Shown here piece by piece: positions 1-13,458 of a stretch of 64,000 nucleotides of DNA. Source of the stretch: Eledone cirrhosa. Lineage: Eukaryota. The DNA is taken from assembly GCA_964016885.1 (NCBI GenBank), contig OZ024742.1:51646001-51710000 (forward strand), in the 5' to 3' direction. Both the position numbers and the translations under genes were made by a program. The notes beneath the pieces are model-generated. The model was given only the letters and a program-made list of their open reading frames with translations. It was not told where the DNA came from and made no database searches. The first letter of the stretch is position 1. Every line of letters begins with the position of its first letter.

Positions 1-2
1 GA

Positions 3-95
3 TTAAATTTTAAGCAAAGAATCGCTGCTTTCACCCTTAACGGGATCTTCTGAACATCCCGTTAAGGGTGAAAGCAGCGATTCTTTGCTTAAACT
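3..95. repeat. Fold-back of a PLE 3'-end (pLTR) fragment carrying the CAGAAGA-type hammerhead
   Basis: taagcaaagaatcgctgctttcacccttaacgggat ... atcccgttaagggtgaaagcagcgattctttgctta are perfect inverted arms; same sequence at 25085, 40856, 43242, 44404. Confidence 0.8.
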
Positions 96-127
96 TTTAT
101 ATGTTATTTTAATATTTTAATAAGTAA

Positions 128-200
<73 letters not shown>

Positions 201-324
201 AAAATGAGGTTTGTATTAAATGAAAAAAAAATAAGATGTCCTACACGAGTGAAAGTATAAAGAAAATAGATGAAATCGAAAATGCAACTGGAGTCTTTTT
301 AAGATCACTTATTTGTTTCCCTTA

Positions 325-360
325 CCTTACCGGTTTCACAGTTCTTATGCTTTTCAAATG
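325..360 (-). ncRNA. Minimal hammerhead, U3-A8 core variant
   Basis: Minus strand TTGAAAA-GCA taagaac TGT-GAAA-CCGG-TA; same repeat family as 32540-32680. Confidence 0.55.
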
Positions 361-599
361 TAGAATGGAGATGGAGGGTTTTGTAGTTTATAGATATATA
401 TAAGTTTTATTTATATAAACGAATGTATCGGAAGAGGAGTCCGAATAGCTTCGGCCAGTCCATTACTAAACCAATGAGATACAAGATTTAAACGTGTGGA
501 TGTACAAATCTATATCTCAGAAGGCACATTATATACGTTAATCGTATGGAGACGGCAACTCGTTGGTAATGATAATTGCATATAATAATGTTCTGGACT

Positions 600-986
600 A
601 TTAATAATTTTCTATTTTTGGCACAACGCAAGCAATTATCACAGTGCATTACTGATACATTATTTTATCCACCCCATAAGGATGAATGGCAACAATAACC
701 TCGGCCTGATTTGAACTCAGACCGTAAGGGGGCGTAACCATATACTGCAAAACATGGTGTCTGACCCTCTATCCATTCTGCCAATTCACTATTAATAATT
801 GTTTCTACTTTTGGCACAAGGCCAGCAATTATCCCAGTGCATTACTAGTACCTTATTTTATCGACCCTGTAAGGGTGAATGGCAAAATTAACCTCGACGC
901 GATTTGACCTCAGCCTATAAAGGGACGTAACTCTATGCTACCAAGCATGGTGTCCGACACTCTACTGATACTGCCAATCCACTGCC
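600..986 (-). mobile_element. Two tandem tRNA-derived SINEs (octopod OK/OR-like)
   Basis: Reverse complement has B-box gagttcaaat and the tail ggggtcgataaaataaggtac...ggccttgtgcc...gtagaaacaattatt shared with about 8 other copies. Confidence 0.85.
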
Positions 987-1631
987 GTACACTATTAAGA
1001 ATGTCTCTGATTATGGCCTTATCTGGCAATCATTGCTGCACCGATCATTCACAGTGGTTATATGTATATACCATGCAGATATTGCATAACCAATTCCATA
1101 AAACTTCATCAGCGGATACAGTCCAACCTATCAACAGAAGGCTTGTGATGGCGCCCTCGGTAGCTGAGTCTTCATATAGTACTAAATGTAGCTGCTTCCA
1201 ACTTGTAGTAACACACGACATCAGAGGAGGTGTAAGTTGAATATCTAACCATGGCAAGGAAACCTTGCGGTGGAAAATTCAAATAATGAATTCTTAGCCA
1301 TAACCTCTCAAACAATGAAATAATTAAAAACAGACTTGCAAAGATTAACTGATGTATAAAAAGATAACCATTTTCCTTACATTTTTGTGTGAACATGATG
1401 ACTGGAAGATGAAATATATGAATTTATCAACAGATCTATTAGAAGATGGGCGGCGAATAATCTCGGGCGGTCCATTACACATTTGATGAGATATAGGATT
1501 GAATCTGAGAACGTACAAAACAATATCTCTGAGTGCAAACTATATACGTTAATCGTATTTGAGAGGGCAGCCCGTGGGTAATGATACTTCCATATCATAA
1601 CAATATAGTTCTGTTTTCACCCCGAAAGCGA

Positions 1632-1717
<86 letters not shown>

Positions 1718-1718
<1 letters not shown>

Positions 1719-1887
1719 TTCAGGACCCCGACGGCTGAGCACCCACCGTTTATCTGGCTGTCGAAACGGCCGGAGCTCAGCCGTCGGAGTCCTGAATCTT
1801 TCCATATGACGTACTCTATTAATCCATGTATCGAGTACTCTGGTGCTTTATGGTCCACCAGGTATCGTACCACACCCTCTTCGTTAT
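1718..1887 (+). mobile_element. Fold-back mini-element containing the 3' half of a hammerhead (family N)
   Basis: GAAACGGC cggagctca GCCGTC GGAGTCC preceded by its own inverted copy; flanked by TA/TATC repeats; homologs at 32800, 33852, 40372, 42961, 53937. Confidence 0.65.
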
Positions 1888-2463
1888 ATCTATCTATCTA
1901 TCTATCAATATATATATATTACTAAATGTCTGTCATTACTTGGTTGCTTGTCTGTAATGTAATTCAGCCAAAAGGGAGCATAAAGGAAAATACTTTGAAA
2001 GGACATGCCCTTGAAATGGGAATACAAATGGACTAAAAGAAGTTATGCGTAAATCGAAGCATGGGTTACCGAGATATGGGATTTTCTGGGTATCTTCATA
2101 AACAGAGATGGAGAAGGATAGAGAGAAAGTGATGGTGGTTGTGAGAGAGTAGATAGAAAGAGAGACATAGAGAGAGGGAGAGGAGACAGAGAAGGAGCAT
2201 GGAAGAGAAAGAGAGGTGTTGATGTTGTTGTGTATATATATATAAGTGTGTGCGTATGTGTGTGTGACCAGTTTATATAGATCACATACACCCACATATA
2301 TATATACACATACATTTTATATACATACACACACTTATATATATGGGCCTTCCAGTTTCATTTCACATTATATACATGCCTGTGCATATTTTACTTATTT
2401 AAAAATTATTATAAGTGAACGTGAACCAACCGGTAACGGGTGGTCTAGTATATATATTTATAT

Positions 2464-2497
<34 letters not shown>

Positions 2498-2500
2498 CAT

Positions 2501-3105
2501 GGTGGCTGCCAACTCGTTTTCGAGTACGGCCACTACTTTATATCCATGTAGGAGAACCCCTACCGATGCGCTAAACAAGTGTGACTTTTAGTCCAGCCAG
2601 CGACTTGAAAACTCTGGTACAAACACTACACCTGTGACAATTATTGACACATAGTGTTGGGCCCTTGGTACCATGTGACGACAAGTGTAGAGAGATCTCC
2701 AGATATAAAGCAATGTCTGTGCCGTGAAGCTTTTATAGTGAGCAAAGGCACTGCACAAAGCCAGTCCCACTCTCTTAACCCAAGATGATATTTACCAAAA
2801 AGAAGAATAAGTCAACATCATTGGATACCATCAGGGTTGCAGGTGTTATATCAGAGTTTTCCTTCTCCTAGAATTCTGCCTTGACAAAGGCTAAGGGTTC
2901 ATCTCTCCCGGTGATTTTGGATGGCCATTGACTCTTAAGAGCTCCTTTGCCAGGTTTTGTTTTTATTCCTGCAGGATGTTCAAAGTCACCCTCCTCACCA
3001 AGAAACCTTGGTGGGGTTGCCAGTTTAGTCGCCAACGACCCGACCATGGGACAGGTTGTACTGGGATACATGTTACCAGTAGCACCAACTGGTGACCTGA
3101 CATAA
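2501..3105 (-). mobile_element. Interspersed repeat, probably RTE-type LINE 5' region or derived non-autonomous element
   Basis: Close copy at 61823-62222 and partial copy at 25342-25445; minus strand contains ggagaaggaaaactctga, a motif I associate with RTE 5' UTRs and RTE-related SINEs. Confidence 0.55.
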
Positions 3106-3112
3106 ATATACA

Positions 3113-3188
<76 letters not shown>

Positions 3189-3732
3189 TTATATATATAC
3201 ATTTTCAACAACAGTTTTCAGACGTGTATCAAATGGATATGGAACCATATTGTTTTATAATATAACAATACTACTAATAAGTATTTAAGAATACTCCTTT
3301 ATACAACCGACTTCAATGTCCGTTGCTGTTTAATTATTTATATTATCTCTTAGTACTACATGTATAATTTAAACTAATCAGTCTCCATCTACATTAATAT
3401 GTCTAGCACATAATGTGAATGTATGAATGTTAATGTCCCTATGTGTGTGTAAATGTGTGTGTTTGGGTGACAATTCATATCCAATATTTCATTACTCAAT
3501 GCATTTGGAGACAAATATCTCCAAATTGTAAATGTGAGAGTTTGATTAATGGTAAGTAATGATTATACATTAAGTAAGGAATGTGCACGATAGTTATGTT
3601 TTATACAAATAGCGTGGGTAAACGATTCTGCACCAATGCGTATATAGACCTTTATAATACGTAAGCAAGAAAACGTACCAAAAAATACGGATTTCCCGGT
3701 AAATTGAAAAAAAATGAAACAACTTTAACCAA

Positions 3733-3789
<57 letters not shown>

Positions 3790-3806
<17 letters not shown>

Positions 3807-4010
3807 GAGGATGTCTGTCTGTCTTTGTAAATCCCTAAAACTTTTAGCCCATTGCACTTCAAGAAATATAAATATTTCTTGAAGTGCAATGGACTAAAAG
3901 AATTTAACTTTTTCTGCCCTTAGGCATTTTTAGTCTTTTTTGAGGCGTAAATTAAAGATAATCCAGTCGATTTTCTCGAAATTTGCAGCACACATTAGCT
4001 AGTCTCCTTG
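3790..4010 (+). mobile_element. Possible non-autonomous Helitron 5' segment
   Basis: (TA)n-aaaacagaggatgtctgtctgtc start and gattttctcgaaatttgcagcacac motif resemble animal non-autonomous Helitrons; no matching 3' end identified. Confidence 0.35.
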
Positions 4011-4649
4011 CATTGCTGTGAATGAAATAAATTTCCAATCCCATTAATGGTTTCTAGGAAATTTACGAATGAGCATTGGGCATTACATGTCATTTTCATT
4101 TTAAATATAAACGCTACTTAAACATCGTAAGTAGCGTATAATATTTCGTTAAACATTTGGTTTATTTAACAGAGGACACGACACTTACTTACTTTAAGCA
4201 GGACCATTTTCGGGGATTGAGGAAATGAGGAGGACCTTAACCTTTTTGTCGGCGCCCTGTTGACGCTTCATGCTTTCATCACGCTCAAATCCGGGCCCTG
4301 TGCACGTTGGCGTGTTATTGACACCGTAAACTTCACATCTGTGCTACTTGTACTAAGACCCCTTTTGTTGCACCTACATCGCAGTATGAACGCAAGTACG
4401 CCAAACAGCGGTTGTGCTAATTCTGCGGAGACCCATTTTTCGCACCTTTGTTGCTGTGTAAATGCAGTGCAACCAGTCCCGCCCAGGGTTTGTGCTAATT
4501 GCACTATGATCTCCTTCTGCTGCAGCTGCTTTGCCACGCTGATTTCCGCATCTCAAGATCCCTACGTCGCTCAGTCAGATGATGTCTGTCCGGATGACTG
4601 GGTGCGAATCTATAAATCTCGAAAAGTACCTAAGCGATATTCTCCAAAT

Positions 4650-4793
4650 GGAAGAAGAAGAAGAAGAAGAAAAAGAAGAAGAAGAAGAAGAAGAAGAAGA
4701 GGGGAGGAGGAGGAGGAGGAGGAAGAGGAGGATGAGGAGGAGGAGGAGAAGAAGAAGAAGAAGAAGAAGAAGAAGAAGAAGAAGAAGAAGAAG
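4650..4793 (+). repeat. (GAA)n/(GAG)n microsatellite
   Basis: Direct reading. Confidence 0.95.
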
Positions 4794-5299
4794 ATTATAT
4801 ATTGACTCTTGTCAGAACACTATTTTATGATTACACTGCAAAGAAATCATTCTCTTTATGTATCCTACACATTGAAAGTTGTTGAAGCCCTACTTATGTT
4901 TTGTTTTTAATCTCGATTTTATAATATCAAGAATGCATATTGAATATTGTAAACAAGTTCATAAACTACATTTTGGTTTTCCTGATATCAATACAACGTT
5001 TCAAATTCGTCGATCGAAGGGGAATATGATATATATTTGTTGAACCTTCTTCAAACGAACATAAACAAGTAAATAACATGGTCAACAAATTAATCCCAAT
5101 ATATATTTCATGGAGCCTCTTTAACTAATATGCTTATAACAAGGACCTGAGCTCTGATGGCGGCATGCAACGAAGGTCTGCGTTTGTGGAATAATTTATA
5201 TATCACAATATATTCCATCTGTATCAATATAACCTCCTTCTAAATCTGATCACAAGCATTTCTCACATCATCTTAGTTTGGTTTTGTCACTGCTGTCAT
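4794..5299 (-). repeat. ~500-bp element, inverted copy of 17928-18435, with HHR-like motif at 4990-5059
   Basis: Reverse complement aligns almost base-for-base with 17928-18435. Confidence 0.85.
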
Positions 5300-5519
5300 C
5301 TTCTCGCTTCCTCTTACTTTCACTTACTCCCTCTTTGCTAGTCACCCTCTCTCTGCTAGCTCACTTCACCCCTCGGCCGCCACTGTAAGCAATCTCTTCT
5401 CTCGCTCACACCGCTACGTGAAGAAGTGTCTTTTTTTGTCTCCTCAAATTCGCCAGATTTTATGTTCGAAAAGAATTGTTGACTTCATATTTTTCCTCTC
5501 TTCACGTTGCTTCACCCTT

Positions 5520-5587
<68 letters not shown>

Positions 5588-5769
5588 CTTTATTTAACCC
5601 AATAACTTATTTTAGTTATTGCTCGCCCTAGGATGAGGTATCTTGTCTCTAACGCGAAGAAATACCTATGATTCCTAACAGACAGCGGACTATGGATATT
5701 ATCCTCTTTCTCTCGTAACTTTTGTTTTCATTATACTTAAATGCAGCCACACAGCCCGCCATTGTATTC

Positions 5770-5836
<67 letters not shown>

Positions 5837-5841
5837 TATAT

Positions 5842-5877
<36 letters not shown>

Positions 5878-5878
5878 A

Positions 5879-5945
<67 letters not shown>

Positions 5946-6131
5946 TACTAAAACTCTGATCTTGATTGGTTGGTTGGTTGCTTGCTTGCTTGCTTGCTCA
6001 ATTTCACTCTATATATATATGTTCATATTTGTGTATATACAGGTTGTCCCCCCCAAAATGTATACCCGCTCTGATTGCCTATACATGCATTATTTGTTAG
6101 GATGTTGTATACAGTTATAGGGAACCGATAT

Positions 6132-6170
<39 letters not shown>

Positions 6171-6173
<3 letters not shown>

Positions 6174-6356
6174 TCCCCGAAAAATGTATACACACTTTGA
6201 TTACCTGTACAGGCAATATATATATTAGAATGGTGTATACATTTTTAGGGACCCCGGTATATATATATATGGTGTCCCCGAAAAATGTATACACACTTTG
6301 ATTACCTGTACAGGCAATATATATATTAGAATGGTGTATACATTTTTAGGGACCCC

Positions 6357-6389
<33 letters not shown>

Positions 6390-7035
6390 TGTCCCGGAAA
6401 AATGTATACACACTTTGATTACCTGTACAACCAATATATATATTAGAATGGTGTATACATTTTTCAGGACCCAGGTATATATATATATATGGTTTCCCCG
6501 AAAAATGTATACACAGTTTGATTACCTGTACAGGCAACATATATATTAGAATGATGTATACATTTTTAGGGACAACGGTAAATATATATAAATGGTGTCC
6601 CCGAAAAATGTATACACACTTTGATTACCTGTACAGGAAATATATATATTAGAATGGTGTATACATTTTTAGGGACCCCGGTATATATATATGGTGTCCC
6701 CGAAAAATGTATACACACTTTGATTACCTGTACAGGCAATATATATATTAGAATGGTGTATACATTTTTAGGGACCCCGGTATATATATATGGTGTCCCC
6801 GAAAAATGTATACACACTTTGATTACCTGTACAGGCAATATATATATTAGAATGGTGTATACATTTTTAGGGACACCGGTTTATATATATATATTTATAT
6901 GGTGTCCCGGAAAAATGTATACACACTTTGATTACCTGTACAACCAATATATTAGAATGGTGTATACATTTTTCAGGACCCCGGTATATATATATGGTTT
7001 CCCCGAAAAATGTATACACACTTTGATTACCTGTA
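6171..7035. repeat. Tandem array of ~100-115-bp Tc1/mariner-like MITE units separated by (TA)n
   Basis: Units start at about 6171, 6271, 6388, 6491, 6594, 6693, 6792, 6901 and 6996 (partial); each has TIR-like ends ggtgtccccgaaaaatgtatacac ... gtgtatacatttttagggacccc; diverged unit at 6041; mini copy at 60365-60410. Confidence 0.8.
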
Positions 7036-7430
7036 CTAGACTACTCGTGACCCAACGTGTCACGAGTAGTCTAGTATATATATATATATAGATAGATGTG
7101 TTCCTGTCTATATTGTTAGTTAATCAGAATACCCGAAGCAATGACTGTCATGGTTTCATGTCTTGCCAATCCGCTGAGAGCGATGCGATATCTTCCCCTT
7201 CGCCTCATTTTTATTTAAGATACCTTTATCAACCGTACCTGTGAAATCAAATCTACTGGGAGTTCCCTCTTGTGCACATTAAATTCAGAGTAGAATCTGC
7301 TCTCAATCTATCCTTATTCTCCGGAATTTTAAATCATCCAGTGGAATATTTCCGTGTCTTCATTACCTTTCATTCTCACAATTATTCGAAACGAAGCAAA
7401 CCTTCTCATAACAGCTAAATATTTTTTTCC

Positions 7431-7617
7431 TGGATTGGCAGTATTGGTAGCGGGTCTGACGCCATACTTTGCAGCAAAGAGTTACGGCCCTTAACGGTCT
7501 GAGTTCAAATACCGCCGTGATCAACTTTGCCTTTCATCCTTACGGGGTCGATAAAATAAAGTACCGGTAATGTACGGAGATAATTGCTGGCCTTATGCCA
7601 AAAGTAGAAACAAGTAT
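7431..7617 (+). mobile_element. tRNA-derived SINE
   Basis: tggcagtattggtag A-box-like, gagttcaaatacc B-box, shared 3' tail. Confidence 0.85.
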
Positions 7618-9247
7618 TTACTCCTTGTGTACATGCATCTATTCCAATCGAAATATATCTTATTCTGACTTTGGTCAGTTCTCATAAAATGCTCCAGAGC
7701 ATCATATTTCTATGAAAGATTTCCCATCTTATTCGGCCGTACTTAAATGTTGATTTAGATACCCCAGAAGAGCAATTGTTTCCATTATTTAAAAGGATTA
7801 TTGTTGCTTATCATAGCTGAGGACACTAGGGATGGGATATTTCGCTACTTTATTTCCTTTGCCTCTCCACAAACAGACATCAAACATTTTTGAGGTAGAC
7901 ACCGTAGTTCAGAATTCAAGCATAACAGTATAAAACAACTCTAATAGGACCATGATGCCATAGAATGTTTAAATGCCATTCATGCTCATATCAATGAAAG
8001 AGGACTCTCTACACTTCTCATGCATAAGCATCATACGGCATTCAAAGTAGTGTGCCAGTATTTGAATCAATAATCTAAGCAATATAAAAAAGCCATAACA
8101 AAACCCCCTAGCCAACATTCCATTACATTAAATTAAATAATTGCAAAATAGCTCCATAATGGAAACATTTTTTCTTGCTGTTTACTCCTTCATGTCACCG
8201 TTTCCATTGAATTTTATTTTAATTTTAATATTATAAAATGAGGTTGGAAAATAATAGGAATAAATGATATTTTAAATGGAAGATATGAAAAAAAAAATGA
8301 ATGATGTATCATTGGGAATAGAAATAAATAATACATTTTATGGAATCCCTTTTCTATTGGGGATTTCTAAATTGCGTTCATTAATCTCAATAAAATTCTA
8401 ACAAATTATTAAGAAAGAAGTATTTCTGGATATTTCGCTTTTCTTTCGTGAAAATATTGAATATTTTCAATATAGTTTCTATGAACTTTTAAATAATATT
8501 ACTTTCCTGTTATATCCTTATCAACTGAAATGAAAATTCGTAAAAAATATATTCAAAGTTAAATAGCAAAAGTAAGGCCACTTTGCTGATTATTATAGGA
8601 TATCCAATGCTGTATATCACTCATTAAATCGAATTGTTTGGTAAATCCTTTTAAAATATATAAAAGTGAAGCTTTCATAAATACAAATTTTGAATCAACG
8701 TTAATGAAGATATTTTTCACTTTGTATATTATAGATTTAAAACTTTAAACATATTCATTGTAAACATAAGTTCTTCAGGTTAATGGACATTTGACTTTTA
8801 TTATCCTCAATATAAGGGCGGTAGATTGACAGTAATGGTTAGTGCATCGGGAAAAATGTATATTTACAGATATATTTACATCGGTTTACGTTCTGAGTTC
8901 GAATCCTGCTGAGCTAAGAATGTGTGCTGAAAGGGTTTTGACAATCAACAAAACAACCCACCGGTTATTAAACTAACTGATTAGATTATGATAATACATT
9001 GAAGTGGAACCCAACAGGGGTGTGTTTGTTTTCTTGGCATCATGACACGCCGATGTATAACAAGATCTGTTTCAACGCACGTTTTGAGCTAAGGAATTTT
9101 GCAAAACAAATACAAAACCGAAATATATATATATATAGATAGAGAAAATTGAGGTTGGTAATGGCACATGGAATATATAAGAGACAGAGTACTTTTTGTG
9201 AAAAAACATATAATTTTATAAGGTAACGAAAGAATAAAGGGTATAAA

Positions 9248-9295
9248 AACTGACCGGTTTCGATGGGTCTGCAAAAGCCATCTTTTCAAATGTTG
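9248..9295 (-). ncRNA. Minimal hammerhead (U3-A8 variant) in inverted pLTR
   Basis: TTGAAAA-GATGG cttttgcagac CCATC-GAAA-CCGG-TC. Confidence 0.65.
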
Positions 9296-10005
9296 ATTAA
9301 TATTAAGAAAAATTAATAATAAGAAGAGTTAAAAATTGAGATTTGAAAATTCAAGTATAAAATTCAGTGTGGGATTTCATAGTAGTTTTCATCTTGGTAG
9401 CAGCAAGTTGGTAGCAGCAAGTTGACTGCTGTGTGTCCCTTTCTGGTAGTGAATGAGGAATTTACAACAGATACATTTACACCACCAAACCCAACACACA
9501 CTAACCACAGGCACATCCCCCACCAACACAAACCAAATACGGCCAACTACACCAAAAGAAACACACCCAACCACCACAACACAGGTTTCCGTAGAAATAC
9601 CCCCTACATAAACCAACGACGAAATAACATAGATCCAACTCACAACACACACACCACATTCCTCAGAAGAAATCCACCCAGACCACTTGAAATCACAACA
9701 GAACTTACCCACAACCACACCAGACATCACCCTCAATCTAACAAAAGACAACCCCCAACCTCAACACTCTGTACCACAGAAATATTGCACCCAGACCACA
9801 TGAACCAACAACAGAACCCTTGCTCATTAACAACCACAACATATACCACCCCCACCATCACATTCACCCTCATGAAACAACAAGCTACAGACCCACACGC
9901 AACAGACCAACAAAATATAATCACACACAAAACTACATTCCTTTTTTAGGGAAAAGCCTGAAATACCAGGATACTCGATGGCCCCCCATCAGGAGAAACC
10001 AAAAA

Positions 10006-12244
10006 TAATCAACCTCTAAAGACACCTCCTCTAACCAACACACAAATCAACATTTTAAGTAAGGGCCTGAAATTTACACCTACACCACGTAAACCAAACT
10101 TCCCCGAAATGAAGGATGACATCATAGAATTCTGCCGAAAGCTGCGACTAACGGAATTCTTCCACAACGACACCAACACTGAAGACGAATCACTGGTTAG
10201 AAATAAAAGCAATTTCTGCCCACAAAAGGGAAGAAATAAAGCACTGGACACGTACTGCGAACACATCACCAACTTTCCCTATGAAAAAATTACAAATAAA
10301 CACACGAAATCAAACCTATCTACACACGAATGGGAAGAATTATTCACACTTAGAAACAACCCTGAGATAACCATCAAAGAAGCCAATAAAGGCAGTACTG
10401 TTTTCATTATGAATACGGACTACTACAGGACCCTCGCACTTAACATTGTAGAAAACAACACATACTATGAAAAAACAGAAAACTACAAACACACCAAAAC
10501 AATGGGGAATCTTTTGACCTTACTAAATAAATACCGCAACAGCTTAACCACAAAATAGTTTAACTATATAAGCCACTTCAAAGCTCCTTTTACGGCTTAC
10601 CGAAACTCCACAAATGTAAACCCATAAACGATGCATGTGACACCTCAACCTACAATTACATTGAACTAACACCACCAGAAGACCTAAAACTCAGGCCAAT
10701 TATAGCAGGCCCTACATGTGAAACCCACAGACTTAGCAACTTTCTGGACATCCTACTGAAACCCTTTCTACAACATATACAGAGCTACATACGAGATGAC
10801 CTTGACATGCTGAAACACCTCCCTAAAACAGTAAGTGCAAATACAATTCTTGTCTCCTTTGACGTAATAAACCTCTACACAAACATACCCCCACAACTAT
10901 GGAATAACAGCAGTCCAATACTGGCTTAACACACACCCATCAGAAATACCGACACGCATCAACAAAGATTTTATCACTGACGGACTCCGCTTTATCCTAC
11001 AAAATAACTACTTCACATTCAATGGTTCAACATACAGACAAGTATCAGGTACTGCAATGGGCACGAAAGTAGCACCCACATATGCCAACCTAGTCATGGG
11101 ATTCCATGAACAACAAATATACAGTCAGTCCCTTCTCTTATTTGGAGACTCTTTCCACACACACCTCAAAGTCAATTGGAAAAGATATCTAGACGACTGC
11201 TTTATCCTATGGCAAGAAGACATGAACTCACTTACTATGTTTAAAAACATGATAAACAACATAGATAATAACATACAATTCACAATGGAATCCAATCCCA
11301 AGGAATTAGCCTTCTTGGATATTCTCATCTCTGAAATAGACGGGAAATTAGATACAGATATATTCTATAAACCCACAGATTCCAAGCAATACCTCTTTTT
11401 CACATCAAGTCACCCAAAACATACAAAACTTAACATTCCTTACAATTTGGCCAAACGTATATGTACCATAGTATCAGATCCACCTAAACGGGAGCAAAGA
11501 CTAAAGGAATTAAAAGACACCCTTATCTTAAGAGCCTTTCCACTTGAAATAATCAACAATGGAATAGACAGGGCAAAACACCTAAATCCCCATCAACTTA
11601 ATCCAAAACAGAAAACCACACTCAACACCCTGCCATATGTATCCACTTTAAACCCCAGAAATACCGAAATGTTTGATCACCTACACAAAAACCTCCCCAT
11701 CCTACTTAAAGATGTAAAAATGAAGTCTATTCTTGAAACACACAAGATCCTTAAAAGTAAAAGACAACCGAAATCACTAAAACGCATTATCACTGGACCA
11801 AATATACCCAAACCAATCCTCAACCCTACAGTTACCAAATGTGGTAGAACAAACTGTGGAACGTGCCTCTACCTCACTGAAGGACAAACATTTACATTTA
11901 AAGATGGCCAAACATTTACAGTAAAAAACAATTTCACCTGCAACTCGGAGAACTTGATTTACGCAATAACTTGCGGTGTGTGCAAACACAACTACAAAGG
12001 ACAGACGGGTACCTCATTACGCAAAAAAATGACCATCCACCGCCAACAAATCCGGGAAGCTAACACAATAAAAATCTCCTTGAGCAGCCATATTGCGAAC
12101 TGCGCAGGAATGACACTACCCAACTTTAAAATCTTCCCGTTCTACAAGTGCTCAGATTCGTCCACACAGCAACAAAGAATAAACAAAGAAAATCTATTCC
12201 TTAACAAATTTAAACCAAAACTAAACGGGTTATCACCCCAATAG
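10006..12244 (+). pseudogene. PLE reverse transcriptase + GIY-YIG endonuclease, disrupted by a stop (~10556) and frameshift(s)
   Basis: Motifs LSKGLKFTPTP, FYGLPKLHK, LRPIIAG, SFDVINLYTNIP, GTAMGTKVAPTYANL, WKRYLDDCF, CGRTNCGTC linker, NLIYAITCGVCKHNYKGQT. Confidence 0.92.
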
Positions 12245-13014
12245 AATTGTCATAAAATATAAACACACATACGCACGGAGTGACAGATATGTGTGTGTAT
12301 GTGTGCATGTATATAATTATCACTACTATTAAAGACCAGAGACCAGTTCTGTAGAATCAGGTTTATTCGTTGACAGACCATGCCTTTGTGTGACCAACAC
12401 ATCCATGTTAAAACCTGCACGTGCACACACATATATCTATATATATATGCGCACACAGAATTCACCACTGTCGGTTGCGGGGCCCAATCTACATGAAGAA
12501 CTCAATGTGATCAGAATGACTTGTATTTTAATTTCACTGTTCTAACTTCTTATTGTATGGAGAAAAAAATATGTGTGTGTATGTATATATATATATTTGG
12601 AGGCCATTTCTCTATGTGTGTGTGTGGGTGTGTGCATGTGCATGTAGGTATGTGTACGTATATGTGTGTGTGTGTGTGTGTGTATGTATGTGTGTATCTG
12701 GATGTATGTGTATGTATATATATGTGTATGTGTGTATATATATATGTGTGTGTATGTGTGTATATATGTGTGTGTGTGTGTGTTTGTATGTGTGTATGTA
12801 TATATGTGTATGTATGTGTGTATGTATATATGTGTATGTATGTGTGTGTGTATATATATATATATATGTGTATGTATGTGTGTGTGTGTATGTATGTGTG
12901 TATCTGGATGTATGTGTATGTATATATATATGTGTGTGTGTGTATATATGTGTGTGTATGTGTATATGTGTGTGTGTGCGTATGTGTGTATGTATATGTG
13001 TGTGTGTGTATGTA

Positions 13015-13067
<53 letters not shown>

Positions 13068-13410
13068 ATGTATATGTATGTGTGTGTGGATGAGGGTATG
13101 TGTATATATAGGTGTAAGTGCACTAATCCCTTTCTATCACCCTCCCCTCTCATACCGACCACATGGAGATATATGTATGTATATTGCTTCCACCCCCTCA
13201 CTGACCAGCAGCTGGTCATCTGGCCATTGCTAAATCTGACCTTAATTCCTCATTCACTACCAGAAAGGGGCACACAGCAGTCAACTTGCTGCTACCAACT
13301 TGCTGCTACCAAGATGAAAACTACTATGAAATCCCACACTGAATTTTATACTTGAATTTTCAAATCTCAAATTTTAACTCTTCTTATTATTAATTTTTCT
13401 TAATATTAAT

Positions 13411-13458
13411 CAACATTTGAAAAGATGGGTTTTGCAGACCCATCGAAACCGGTCATTT
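13411..13458 (+). ncRNA. Minimal hammerhead (U3-A8 variant) in pLTR
   Basis: TTGAAAA-GATGGGT tttgcag ACCCATC-GAAA-CCGG-TC; 7-bp stem II, palindromic stem III, weak stem I. Confidence 0.7.

Noticed and set aside
4260-4830. ORFs with poly-R/E/K
   Set aside because: Read-through of (GAA)n/(GAG)n; no domain recognised.
5143-5180. gacctgagctctgatggcggcatgcaacgaaggtc as a type III hammerhead
   Set aside because: The core is CTGATGG and GAAG, and there is no stem II.
6171-7035. CRISPR-like appearance of the regular palindromic repeats
   Set aside because: The spacers are identical or (TA)n, the context is eukaryotic, and there are no cas genes.
12521-13355. Long ORFs of YI/CV/HT repeats (and many similar ones across the window)
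   Set aside because: Translations of (TA)n/(TG)n microsatellites, not genes.
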